From: Rhodospirillaceae bacterium
Lineage (GTDB): Bacteria > Pseudomonadota > Alphaproteobacteria > Rhodospirillales > Rhodospirillaceae
DNA length: 64,000 nt
Assembly: GCA_963662375.2 (NCBI GenBank)
Contig: CAXXRP010000008.1
Coordinates: forward strand, 7,738-71,737
Direction: 5' to 3'
The position numbers were made by a program, and so were the translations under genes. Each line of letters opens with the position of its first letter. The stretch's first letter is position 1. This document shows, one piece after another, positions 36,708 to 45,052 of the stretch. A model generated the notes under the pieces. It saw nothing but the letters and a program-made list of their open reading frames with translations. It ran no database searches and was not told the origin of the DNA.

Positions 36708-36716
36708 TGTTACGAG

Positions 36717-37118
36717 ATGAGTAATTCCAACAAAGATATTGTGCTGGCCTTTCTGGATGCCTCTGTCAGGGGGGACAAGGAAGCCATGCGAAACTTGCTG
36801 CATCCCGATGCGCAAGTCATTGTGGCGGACTCTCTACCCTACGGCGGCATTAGCGAAGGCCCCGAAGGCATTATCAAGTTAATAAGACGTGTTTTTAAAA
36901 CCTGGGAAAACACAGATGTCACGGTGCAACAGGTGCTTGGCGATGGGGATCGCGTAGTTCTGTTGGCAGAGATGACCGGGCGGGGCCGTGCGACTGGCAA
37001 AGCATTTCAGATGCCGATAGCGGAGATATGGCTGCTGGATAATGGCAAGATAAAGGAGGTACGCCCCTTTTATTTCGACACCAAGTTACTCCACGATATA
37101 TATTCAGAATCAAATTAA
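36717..37118 (+). CDS. SnoaL-like/NTF2-fold protein
   Basis: NKDIVLAFLDASVRGDKEAMRNLLHPDAQ...IAEIWLLDNGKIKEVRPFYFD is the ketosteroid-isomerase/SnoaL-like pattern. Confidence 0.7.
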   Translation: MSNSNKDIVLAFLDASVRGDKEAMRNLLHPDAQVIVADSLPYGGISEGPEGIIKLIRRVFKTWENTDVTVQQVLGDGDRVVLLAEMTGRGRATGKAFQMPIAEIWLLDNGKIKEVRPFYFDTKLLHDIYSESN

Positions 37119-37138
37119 CAGACCCGAAAGGACAGGCC

Positions 37139-37432
37139 ATGGCAGTGACAGTATTGGTGGAACTAAAAGCGAAGCCCGATTGCGCCCAGGCTCTGAAGTC
37201 GTTGTGGAGAGGCTGTATGGCTGACACCCGGGCCTATGATGGTTGCATCGATATCTTCGTCTACGAAAATCAGGACGAGCCGGCTAATTTCGTTCTCATT
37301 GAGAACTGGGAGAGCAAGGCTCAGTATGACAGGTATCTGGCTTGGCGCACTGAAACCGGATTTGTGGAGCAGGTGATCTCGAAGTGTGAGGGTGACCTGC
37401 GTTTTGGGTTTTATGATAGATCGGATATATGA
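37139..37432 (+). CDS. Antibiotic-biosynthesis-monooxygenase (ABM) domain protein
   Basis: 97 aa. VLVELKAKPD...DGCIDIFVYENQDEPANFVLIENWESKAQYDRYLAW follows the ABM ferredoxin-like pattern. Confidence 0.7.
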   Translation: MAVTVLVELKAKPDCAQALKSLWRGCMADTRAYDGCIDIFVYENQDEPANFVLIENWESKAQYDRYLAWRTETGFVEQVISKCEGDLRFGFYDRSDI

Positions 37433-37872
37433 TATGGGCGATTTCTTGGCTGGATCAAATCAGAATGAGTTGTCGACAGTTCTGTCCAGACCCTAGCTCT
37501 TTATGCCGACATGGCCCATCCGACGGCGCATAAGAATTTCCCCGCTCGTCAGTCTCTGTTCCTTTATTAGGATTGTTGGTCAGAAGAGACGCTTCGGTCA
37601 TGCGAAGATCTTGAAGAACTTAAGCACCTAATAACTTGTTCATCGCCTACAAGGGAAAAATGCTTTAAAAAAGTAAGCCCGCATTTCAAAATATGGGCAG
37701 CGTGAATTGTGCGTTGCAAAAAGGCTCTAAAAGGCTGCAAAAGCTACAGATAAACGCATTCTATGAAGCATTACCTCATATCTAACGAACGGTGCTATAA
37801 GGTCATTGGGTATTCATGGTTTTCCCAGTTGCTCGAGCCACCCGACGGCATTGCATGGATGGAAACTAACCG

Positions 37873-38325
37873 GTGGCAGCTTCATTTGTCGAGCGCTTGA
37901 AGCGTTCGCTTTTCGGCGTTGCCACGGAGTGTTGCAATGTCATTCAGGAAGCAAGGAATGAAGACGAGCATCTTGGCTATCAGGTGAGGAGTTCATGGTA
38001 TTTACGCGAGTCGATGAAATCGTTCGCTTACTTTATTCAAACATTGGCTGGGCAACCAGAAGGTGATGGCTCGTTGCTTGATCATTCGTTGATCTATGCG
38101 CATTCTGACACCGAGTTTGCCAAGACTCATAATATTGATGGTTCCCCGATGTTTACGGTCGGACGTGCGAGTGGTCGACTCAAGACCGGTTTACATATCG
38201 ACGGAAAAGGCGAAATAGCAACCCGGCTGGGTTATACCGTGCAACGAGTGATGGGACTGCCAATCGATGAATGGGGCATAGCCTCTCTACGTACATCACG
38301 AGAAATCGGTGAAATCCTCGTCTAG
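37873..38325 (+). pseudogene. C-terminal fragment of a DUF1552-family protein (5' two-thirds missing)
   Basis: GDGSLLDHSLIYAHSDTEFAKTHNIDGSPMFTVGRASGRLKTGLHIDG resembles the conserved DUF1552 C-terminus; full-length members are about 3x longer. It is preceded by 440 bp of AT-rich sequence without ORFs. Confidence 0.5.
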
Positions 38326-38356
38326 ACATTCCAGATAAAGGTAAGCGCTGAACCAC

Positions 38357-39616
38357 ATGCGCACTTTTCTTATTTTACCCATCGTCGGGCTTCTGTTGAG
38401 CGCCTTTAACCCGGCGATGGCTGCTGCAGATATAAAAACCTCAGCAGAGCCTATTCCAAGTGCGGTGTTTATCGGGTCTTCTGACTGGGCCGGGCCAATC
38501 TATACAACGTCGGCCGGCATGACGCTCTATACGACTGCCATGGACGAGCGCAAGCCTGGTGTTTTTGGCTGCAGCGGCACCCGCAGCGAAAAGGGGAGAA
38601 GAGGGGGCGGATTCCCGCTGCCGAGGTATGAACACCGGCGAACGTGCATTCAGCGGTGGCTACCTTTTGCACCTATTGCGGGGGTAGAGCCGATCGGTCG
38701 ATGGACCATCCTCACGCGCCCGAATGACCAGAAGCAGTGGGCTTTTGATGGAAAGCCAGTTTATACCTCCACCAGAGATAAAGCCCCAGGGGACGTCAAT
38801 GGCACGATGGGCTTTGCGAGGCATGGGGTGTGGAGACTTGTGGAGGTGCCTCGGCGTTTTCCGCGCGGCGTGAAGGTGATTTTTAAGGTTGACGGTCTAA
38901 TGCTCGCTGACGAGAAGACCGACCGCCTTTTGTTCAGCACCGGCACAAAGACAAACTCTGGTAATGCGGAATGGACGGCGGTGTTTGCATCAGAACTTGA
39001 TATGCCATTTGATGATTGGGACCTAGCCGTGCACACTGGTGGCGGTCGGCAGTGGACTTTTAAAGGAATGCCGCTTTATCGTCCTCGCGACGGGGCCCAA
39101 GTCAGCAAAAATGTTGCGGCTGGAAGATGGCAGCCGATTGTGTTCCACAAGGCGAAGGATAGGCCGGCGTTTCTCACGATGCAGATGACCGTCCCTGAAG
39201 TTGGGTGGGTCTATGCGAATGCCCGGGGGCGGACGTTATACGCATTTTCTTGTTTCGACGGTCCAGACCAACTCCCTTGCGATGAACCGGGGGATGCCGC
39301 GGCACACCGTTCCGCGCTTTGTGGCACTGGTGAGCAATGCGCCCGCGAATGGCGCCCTGTTTTGGCCGCGCCTGACGACGCGCCGGTCGGGTACTGGGGC
39401 ATTGACAAAGTCCTCGATCCACCCTTTGCAGATGCGGCGGGTGCATATGGGGAGAACGTTCCAACTGTGCGCGCCTGGACGTATCACGGCCGGCCGGTAT
39501 ATACGTTTTCGGGCGATAAATACCCAGGTGAGGCTCTTGCGCATGGCATGATGGGCACCTCGAGTGCATTCGGTGTCATTACCTTAGTGCGTGATAGATT
39601 CCCATTTAGACCATAG
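38357..39616 (+). CDS. Secreted repeat protein of the Yx(FWY)xxD-motif lipoprotein family
   Basis: Signal peptide MRTFLILPIVGLLLSAFNPAMAA. Repeated blocks GMTLYTTAMDE, GKPVYTSTRDKAPGDVNG, GMPLYRPRDG, GRTLYAFSCFD and GRPVYTFSGDKYPGEALAHG. Confidence 0.7.
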   Translation: MRTFLILPIVGLLLSAFNPAMAAADIKTSAEPIPSAVFIGSSDWAGPIYTTSAGMTLYTTAMDERKPGVFGCSGTRSEKGRRGGGFPLPRYEHRRTCIQRWLPFAPIAGVEPIGRWTILTRPNDQKQWAFDGKPVYTSTRDKAPGDVNGTMGFARHGVWRLVEVPRRFPRGVKVIFKVDGLMLADEKTDRLLFSTGTKTNSGNAEWTAVFASELDMPFDDWDLAVHTGGGRQWTFKGMPLYRPRDGAQVSKNVAAGRWQPIVFHKAKDRPAFLTMQMTVPEVGWVYANARGRTLYAFSCFDGPDQLPCDEPGDAAAHRSALCGTGEQCAREWRPVLAAPDDAPVGYWGIDKVLDPPFADAAGAYGENVPTVRAWTYHGRPVYTFSGDKYPGEALAHGMMGTSSAFGVITLVRDRFPFRP

Positions 39617-39811
39617 GCGAATAAGGATTTGTATTATGTGCATATGCATGTCTTCAGATTGTGAAGGATCGGGAATCAATGCATTGTCTTTGTGTCGGTG
39701 GTTCATGCAGACGCTCCTTGATCTTACGTTGTCACAGCAGCGATCACGAGCCTCTTCCGTTTGTTGATCCCGTTCGCAAACTCTAACTATTAGTAATAAT
39801 TGTAGGTACTT

Positions 39812-40972
39812 ATGGATTTCAGGCTCTCGTCAGATCAGATGGATTTACAACGAGCGGCGCGAGATTTTGCGAATGCTGAATTACCGGCTATTGCGCAGGA
39901 ATTAGAGCAAGAAGACAAGCCTCCGAGTCCAAAACTGATTCAGAAATTTGCGGAGTTGGGTTTTCTCGGAATCAATGTATCAGCCGACCTCGGGGGTCTA
40001 GGGCTGGGGGATCTTGATGCGCTAATTGTGCTGGAAGAATTTGCGAAAATCTCCTCCGCCGTAGCGTGGCCAGTGTTTGAGTCGTCCGTCGGACCAGTCC
40101 GTGCGATCGAGCATTTCGGCTCAGCTTCGTTGAAACGGCGTGTTGTACCGGCGGTCTGCAGGGGGGAAATGATTGTGGCCATATCGATGTCGGAACCAGA
40201 CGCTGGTAGCGCCCTCACTGACCTTAAAACCAAGGGCGAGGTTCGAGGTGATAAGGTTTTTCTAAACGGCACTAAACGGTGGTGTTCGGGAGGCGGTCAC
40301 GCCGATGGCTACGTAGTCTACTGCCGGATGTCGGATGAACCTGGCGCAAGGGGCATTGGTGCAGTCGTTGTGGAGAAAGGCGCCAAAGGTTTGAGTTTTG
40401 GAGCGACCGAGAAATTAATGGGGTTTCGCGGCATTCCGGCCTCAGATCTTTATTTCGATGACTGTGAGGTGCCGCTCGAAAACATCCTCGTCTCGGCTGG
40501 TGGCTTCAAAAAACTGATGGAGGCATTTGACTTAGAACGTTGTGGGAATGCCACAATGGCACTCGGTCAAGCGTCAGGAGCTTTGGATTTCGTCTTAGAA
40601 TATGTCCGCGAGCGTAAGCAGTTCGGAAAACCGATAATGGAGTTTCAGGCCGTTCAACTTAAGCTCGCAGAATCGCAAATGAAAGTCGATGCTGCGAGGT
40701 TGTTAATATGGCGAGCCGCGGCTAACGCCGCAAACGGTTTGCCGTCGATCCTAGATAGCTCCGTCGCTAAGTGCTTTGCCAACTCTATTTCGCGTGAAGT
40801 CACAGGTGATGCACTTCAGCTAATGGGAGCCTATGGCTACTCCAAGGAGTTCCCAATGGAACGCCGCTTACGTGATAGCTGGGGGTGGGGTATTGCTGGC
40901 GGCGCCATTGACATCCAAAAAGTGAATATTGCAAGCGCTTTGCTTGGGCGGCGGTTCGATCAGCGGCGGTGA
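39812..40972 (+). CDS. Acyl-CoA dehydrogenase
   Basis: MSEPDAGSAL, GTKRWCSGG, QFGKPIMEFQ and GYSKEFPMERRLRD. Confidence 0.9.
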   Translation: MDFRLSSDQMDLQRAARDFANAELPAIAQELEQEDKPPSPKLIQKFAELGFLGINVSADLGGLGLGDLDALIVLEEFAKISSAVAWPVFESSVGPVRAIEHFGSASLKRRVVPAVCRGEMIVAISMSEPDAGSALTDLKTKGEVRGDKVFLNGTKRWCSGGGHADGYVVYCRMSDEPGARGIGAVVVEKGAKGLSFGATEKLMGFRGIPASDLYFDDCEVPLENILVSAGGFKKLMEAFDLERCGNATMALGQASGALDFVLEYVRERKQFGKPIMEFQAVQLKLAESQMKVDAARLLIWRAAANAANGLPSILDSSVAKCFANSISREVTGDALQLMGAYGYSKEFPMERRLRDSWGWGIAGGAIDIQKVNIASALLGRRFDQRR

Positions 40973-41061
40973 GGTAAGCGGGGCGGTTTGCGCCCCATCC
41001 CTAAAAACGGCATTGTCAGAGGAAAACTAACTGGCCTGGAAAGGCTATGATGCAACGGCAC

Positions 41062-41561
41062 TTAGGCTGCAAGTTGCTGCCATGCGACCAGAGCGGCCGT
41101 GCGGTTGAACTTGAAAACTTGGCGGCTGTTGAGATGGCGTTCCTGGTTGAAGTGGTTATGGACTGAAGCGTGGATCGAAGCGAATTTCTGAAGCGATCTT
41201 GAACTTCTAAATCTCGCCATCGCTTGCTCTCGTCGTCGGAACGGCTGATGCGAGTTCTCGGCCCGGTTGTTGATCCAACGACCGGTTTCCTGGCGAAATG
41301 TATTCCCGATCCCTCTCATCGCTGCGCAGTATGAGCGGAGCCGATCCGTTACGATGACTTCTGGGCTGCCATATCGTTTCATGGCTTTACGTAAAAATAT
41401 CAGCGCAGCCGCGCGATCACGCTTCTTTGCAACGAACACCTCAAGAACTTCACCTTCGTGATCAACAGCCCGCCAGGGGTAGTGCACTTCGCCATTGATT
41501 CGCACGAAAACCTCGTCCAGATGCCAGCGCCATTGGGCACTGATCCGCATCTCTGCGGAAC
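41062..41561 (-). pseudogene. IS6-family transposase, C-terminal part (split by IS21 insertion)
   Basis: MRISAQWRWHLDEVFVRINGEVHYPWRAVDHEGEVLEVFV...TDRLRSY...NNRAENSHQPFRRRE is the IS6 DDE core. Confidence 0.85.
41523..41561. repeat. 39-bp direct repeat, left copy, immediately flanking IS21 (identical to 44143..44181)
   Basis: GCCAGCGCCATTGGGCACTGATCCGCATCTCTGCGGAAC, compared base by base with the right copy. It is IS6 transposase coding sequence. Confidence 0.95.
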
Positions 41562-41675
41562 TGAGAACGGCGGTGACAAATTAGTCCACGGAAGCGGCGG
41601 GATTTCCCAGCCGCGGGCGGAGTAAAACTCTGCCACCTGTAGCCTTCGATCTTTTTTGAGATGGAAGGCGGGAGG

Positions 41676-43175
41676 ATGTACACCGTGGACCTATATCTGC
41701 GCGTTCGGCTGGCCTGCCATGTTGATGGTCTGAGCCAGCGAGAGGCGGCAAGTCGGTTTGGCATTGCGCGCGAGACGGTGAGGAAGATGCTGCGGCATTC
41801 GGAACCGCCGGGATATCGGCGACGCCAGCCACCGAAACGCCCGAAACTGGCCCCCTTCACGGATATCATCGACCGTATTCTGGAGGAGGACCGAACGGTT
41901 CACCGTAAGCAGAACCACACGGCGAAGCGTATCTTCGAGCGCCTTCGCGACGAACATGGCTTCACGGGCAAAGAGACCATCGTGAAGGATTACGTTCGGG
42001 AACGGCGCCTTCGTCGGCGTGAGATGTTTGTGCCGTTGTCACATCCTCCGGGCCATGCTCAAGCGGACTTTGGCGAGGCGGATGCGATCATCGCCGGCGT
42101 CAAGTATCGGGCGCATTTTTTCGTCATGACACTTCCCCACAGCGATGCCTGCTTCGTTGCGGCCTACCCGGCGGCGACGACGGAGGCCTGGCTGGACGGG
42201 CACAACAGAGCCTTTGTTTTTTTCGGCGGCGTTCCCCAATCGATTCTTTACGACAACGACAAGTGTCTGGTGTCGCGCATCTTGTCAGATGGCACGCGGC
42301 AACGAACGCGGGCGTTCAGCGGGCTGCAGTCCCATTACCTCTTCGAGGACCGCTACGGCCGTCCCGGCAAGGGTAACGACAAAGGCAATGTGGAGGGGGT
42401 GGTCGGCTATGCCCGGCGGAACTTCATGACGCCGCTTCCCCGGTTCGCGAGCTGGGACGCCTTCAATGGCCACCTGGAAGAGCAATGCCGCAACCGGCAA
42501 GGCAACGTCCTGCGCGGCCACCGCGAGAGCATCGGCGAACGGTTTGTGCGTGACCGCGAAGCGTTGAAGAGGCCACTGCCGGCACCGTTCGACGCGTGCG
42601 ACAAGCAGGGCACGCGGGTCAACTCGCTGTCCCTGGTGCGCTACCGGACGAATGACTATTCCGTGCCCGTCGCCTACGGCCATCAGGAAGTCTGGATCCG
42701 TGGCTATGTCCACGAGGTGGTTATCGGTTGCGGCGCCGGGATCATTGCCCGACACCCCCGTTCCTACGACCGGGAAGATATGGTCTTCGATCCGATCCAC
42801 TACCTGCCTTTGCTGGAGCACAAGATCGGTGCCCTGGATCAGGCCGCGCCGCTAGCCGGATGGGAACTGCCTGATGCCTTCCCAACCCTGCGCCGTCTCC
42901 TGGAGGCGCGCATGGGCAAGGCCGGCAAGCGGGAATACGTCCAGGTCCTTCGGCTTGTGGAGACCTTCGATCTCGAGGTGCTTCACGGCGCGGTGAAGGA
43001 CGCCCTGCGCCTGGGTGCGATCGGCTACGACGCCGTCAAACACCTTGTGCTGTGCCGTATCGAGCGACGCCCGCCCAAACTCGACCTGGATATCTATCCC
43101 TACCTGCCTCGGGCCAACGTGGCGACCACGGCCGCCGCCAGTTATATGAGCTTGTTGGGTGGAGGCGCGTCATGA
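41676..43175 (+). CDS. istA: IS21-family transposase IstA
   Basis: N-terminal HTH (GLSQREAASRFGIARETVRKM). DDE core region (HAQADFGEA...ILYDNDKCLV...KGNVEG). Start trimmed to the ATG at 41676. Confidence 0.9.
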   Translation: MYTVDLYLRVRLACHVDGLSQREAASRFGIARETVRKMLRHSEPPGYRRRQPPKRPKLAPFTDIIDRILEEDRTVHRKQNHTAKRIFERLRDEHGFTGKETIVKDYVRERRLRRREMFVPLSHPPGHAQADFGEADAIIAGVKYRAHFFVMTLPHSDACFVAAYPAATTEAWLDGHNRAFVFFGGVPQSILYDNDKCLVSRILSDGTRQRTRAFSGLQSHYLFEDRYGRPGKGNDKGNVEGVVGYARRNFMTPLPRFASWDAFNGHLEEQCRNRQGNVLRGHRESIGERFVRDREALKRPLPAPFDACDKQGTRVNSLSLVRYRTNDYSVPVAYGHQEVWIRGYVHEVVIGCGAGIIARHPRSYDREDMVFDPIHYLPLLEHKIGALDQAAPLAGWELPDAFPTLRRLLEARMGKAGKREYVQVLRLVETFDLEVLHGAVKDALRLGAIGYDAVKHLVLCRIERRPPKLDLDIYPYLPRANVATTAAASYMSLLGGGAS

Positions 43176-43942
43176 CCGATACGCCGCAAGTGTTGCTGGC
43201 CCATCACCTCAAGACCCTGAAACTGCCGACGTTCCTGCGCGAATACGACAAGCTGGCCCGCCAATGCGCCACCGAGGGCGCCGACCATGTGCGGTATCTT
43301 GTCCGTCTGACCGAGTTGGAACTGATCGACCGTGAGCGCCGCATGGTCGAGCGGCGGATCAGACAGGCCAGGTTCCCCGCCGTCAAAAGCCTCGACAGCT
43401 TCGACTTCAAGGCCATCGCATCGCTCAACAAGATGCTGGTTCTGGAGTTGGCGCGATGCGAATACGTCGAGCGTCGTGAGAATATCATCGCGCTCGGCAA
43501 CAGCGGAACCGGCAAGACCCATATCGCCCTCGGTCTCGGTCTGGCGGCCTGCCAAAAGGGGCTCTCCGTCGGCTTCCTCACGGCCGCTGCCCTGGTTCAT
43601 GAACTGATGGAGGCCAGGGATGAAAAACGCCTGTTGCGCCTGCAGAAGCAACTGGCAAAGTATCACCTTCTGATCATCGACGAACTCGGCTTCGTGCCGC
43701 TCTCGAAGACCGGCGCCGAGCTGCTGTTCGAAGTCTTCAGCCAGCGCTACGAGCGGGGCTCGATCCTGGTGACCTCCAACTTGCCGTTCGATGAGTGGAC
43801 GGAGATATTCGGCTCGGAACGCCTGACCGGGGCTTTGCTGGACCGCCTCACCCACCATGTCCATATCCTGGAAATGAACGGCGAGAGCTATCGTCTCAAC
43901 CAAAGCCAAAAACGGCGGAAATCCCCAAAAATACCTGCTTAA
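43172..43942 (+). CDS. istB: IS21-family helper ATPase IstB
   Basis: Walker A GNSGTGKTHIALGLG and Walker B LLIIDELGF. ATGA overlap with the istA stop. Start trimmed from 43052. Confidence 0.9.
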   Translation: MTDTPQVLLAHHLKTLKLPTFLREYDKLARQCATEGADHVRYLVRLTELELIDRERRMVERRIRQARFPAVKSLDSFDFKAIASLNKMLVLELARCEYVERRENIIALGNSGTGKTHIALGLGLAACQKGLSVGFLTAAALVHELMEARDEKRLLRLQKQLAKYHLLIIDELGFVPLSKTGAELLFEVFSQRYERGSILVTSNLPFDEWTEIFGSERLTGALLDRLTHHVHILEMNGESYRLNQSQKRRKSPKIPA

Positions 43943-44142
43943 CCGCCGGTGCAATGGTTGACCAGGTGGGCCCACAGGAACCTCCCACGCTGCTTCGCTC
44001 CGCGTAACGCAAGCGCTACACGAAGCAGCGCGGGTCCCTCCTATGGACTACCGGGACAACCCCCCAACACCGCGTACCGCATAACGTTAAGTGGACTAGT
44101 TTTGCTCCGCCCGGGTGGACTAATTTTGCTCCGCCGTTGACA

Positions 44143-44181
44143 GCCAGCGCCATTGGGCACTGATCCGCATCTCTGCGGAAC
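44143..44181. repeat. 39-bp direct repeat, right copy, flanking IS21
   Basis: Identical to 41523..41561. Confidence 0.95.
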
Positions 44182-44380
44182 GCTTCTTCTTGATTTTGGC
44201 CGCGAACGTAGGGCCGAACCGATTCCACCAAGCCCGCACCGTCTCATGGCAGATATCGATCCCTCGTTCATGGAGCAGGTCCTCGACCTGTCTTAACGAG
44301 AGCGGAAATCGAATATACATCATCACGGCAAGGTAGATGATCTCGGGTGAAGTCTTGAAATATCGGAGGGGACTGCTCAT
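44143..44380 (-). pseudogene. IS6-family transposase, N-terminal part (split by IS21 insertion)
   Basis: MSSPLRYFKTSPEIIYLAVMMYIRFPLSLRQVEDLLHERGIDICHETVRAWWNRFGPTFAAKIKKKRSAEMRISAQWRW, after which the frame runs into the IS21 end. Confidence 0.85.
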
Positions 44381-44388
44381 CCGAGGAC

Positions 44389-44488
44389 GCTATGAGACAG
44401 CCCCTGCCGACTCAAGCCGTTTTCCCCTGACAATGCCCGCTATGAGACTCGATTTGTCGGCTCAAGCGCCTTTCCTCTGACAACGCCG
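44389..44488. repeat. 2 x 50-bp tandem of the IS6 terminal region (second unit ~72% identical, carrying a degenerate solo IR CCTCTGACAACGCC)
   Basis: Units 44389..44438 and 44439..44488 were aligned by eye. Both begin with GCTATGAGAC and end with the IS6 IR core. Confidence 0.7.
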
Positions 44489-44565
44489 TTACATAGCCAC
44501 CATAATTTCGCCCTACTTTATCAGAATAATACACGCTACCTTAACGCCTGAACATGGAGGCAGGC

Positions 44566-44955
44566 ATGAACTTCGGTCCGCTCTGTATGCTATCGACCGC
44601 TCTCGCGATCACCATGGCATTTACATTTAACTCACCCTTTGCCTGGGCCGAAGGTGAAGCCGTTGGCGATACCCAGAGCTGCATTCAACTCTCCCGCATT
44701 GATGAATCTCCGGCGGTGGACAGCCGTACGATACTGATCAAGATGCGTGGTCGCCACGGTGGCTACAAACGCATTGATTTGGCCGGCCCCTGCCCAGGCA
44801 TCACCTTCAGTGGATACATGCACAGCACGTACATAGATCGCCTATGCAAGTTCGATACCCTGCGTGTGCTGCAACCAATCGGCGCCGTCTGTTTGATCGA
44901 CAGGATTGTCACCATTGATGAGGCCGAAGCTAAAGCCCTGGCGGCCAGAAAATAG
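44566..44955 (+). CDS. Small secreted protein (DUF6491-like), cargo between two inverted IS6 copies
   Basis: Signal peptide MNFGPLCMLSTALAITMAFTFNSPFAWA. The pattern CIQLSRIDESPAVDSRTILIKMRGRHGGYKRIDLAGPCPGITF...LCKFDTLRVL...GAVCLIDRIV recalls DUF6491, a family call made from memory only. Start at the ATG preceded by GGAGG. Confidence 0.5.
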   Translation: MNFGPLCMLSTALAITMAFTFNSPFAWAEGEAVGDTQSCIQLSRIDESPAVDSRTILIKMRGRHGGYKRIDLAGPCPGITFSGYMHSTYIDRLCKFDTLRVLQPIGAVCLIDRIVTIDEAEAKALAARK

Positions 44956-45052
44956 ATACAAAGCGGGAGAAAGCGCGAGAATGTCATCGAGCTGGCAGGG
45001 TGCGCCGACGTAAGATCGGCGAAAGTGATAACGCACGGGGCACTGTCAGAGG

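Larger units (their letters stand above)
41562..44142 (+). mobile_element. IS21-family insertion sequence (2581 bp) inserted into the IS6 transposase gene
   Basis: Contains istA and istB. The ends are TGAGAACGGCGGTGACAAATTAGTCCAC... and, on the reverse complement, TGTCAACGGCGGAGCAAAATTAGTCCAC.... Both ends carry additional internal copies of the GGCGGAG(C/T)AAAAC(T)..CCAC motif, as is typical for IS21 multi-repeat termini. Confidence 0.9.
41009..44437 (-). mobile_element. IS6-family (IS26-like) element, copy 1, interrupted by an IS21-family element
   Basis: Terminal inverted repeats GGCATTGTCAGAGGAAAAC at 41009 and, on the reverse complement at 44437, GGCATTGTCAGGGGAAAAC. After removing the IS21 element (2581 bp) and one 39-bp repeat, the length is about 809 bp, typical for IS6. 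Confidence 0.85.

Noticed and set aside
41523-41561. Treating the 39-bp flanking repeat as part of the IS21 terminal inverted repeats.
   Set aside because: The two copies are direct, not inverted. They lie outside the TG...CA IS21 termini, and they encode contiguous IS6 transposase residues also present in IS6 copy 2.
44016-44271. Short ORFs at 44016..44231 and 44041..44271 (-) and 43949..44140 (+) spanning the IS21 right end and the IS6 fragment.
   Set aside because: They cross mobile-element boundaries and terminal-repeat sequence, overlap the real IS6 transposase frame, and have no recognisable motifs.
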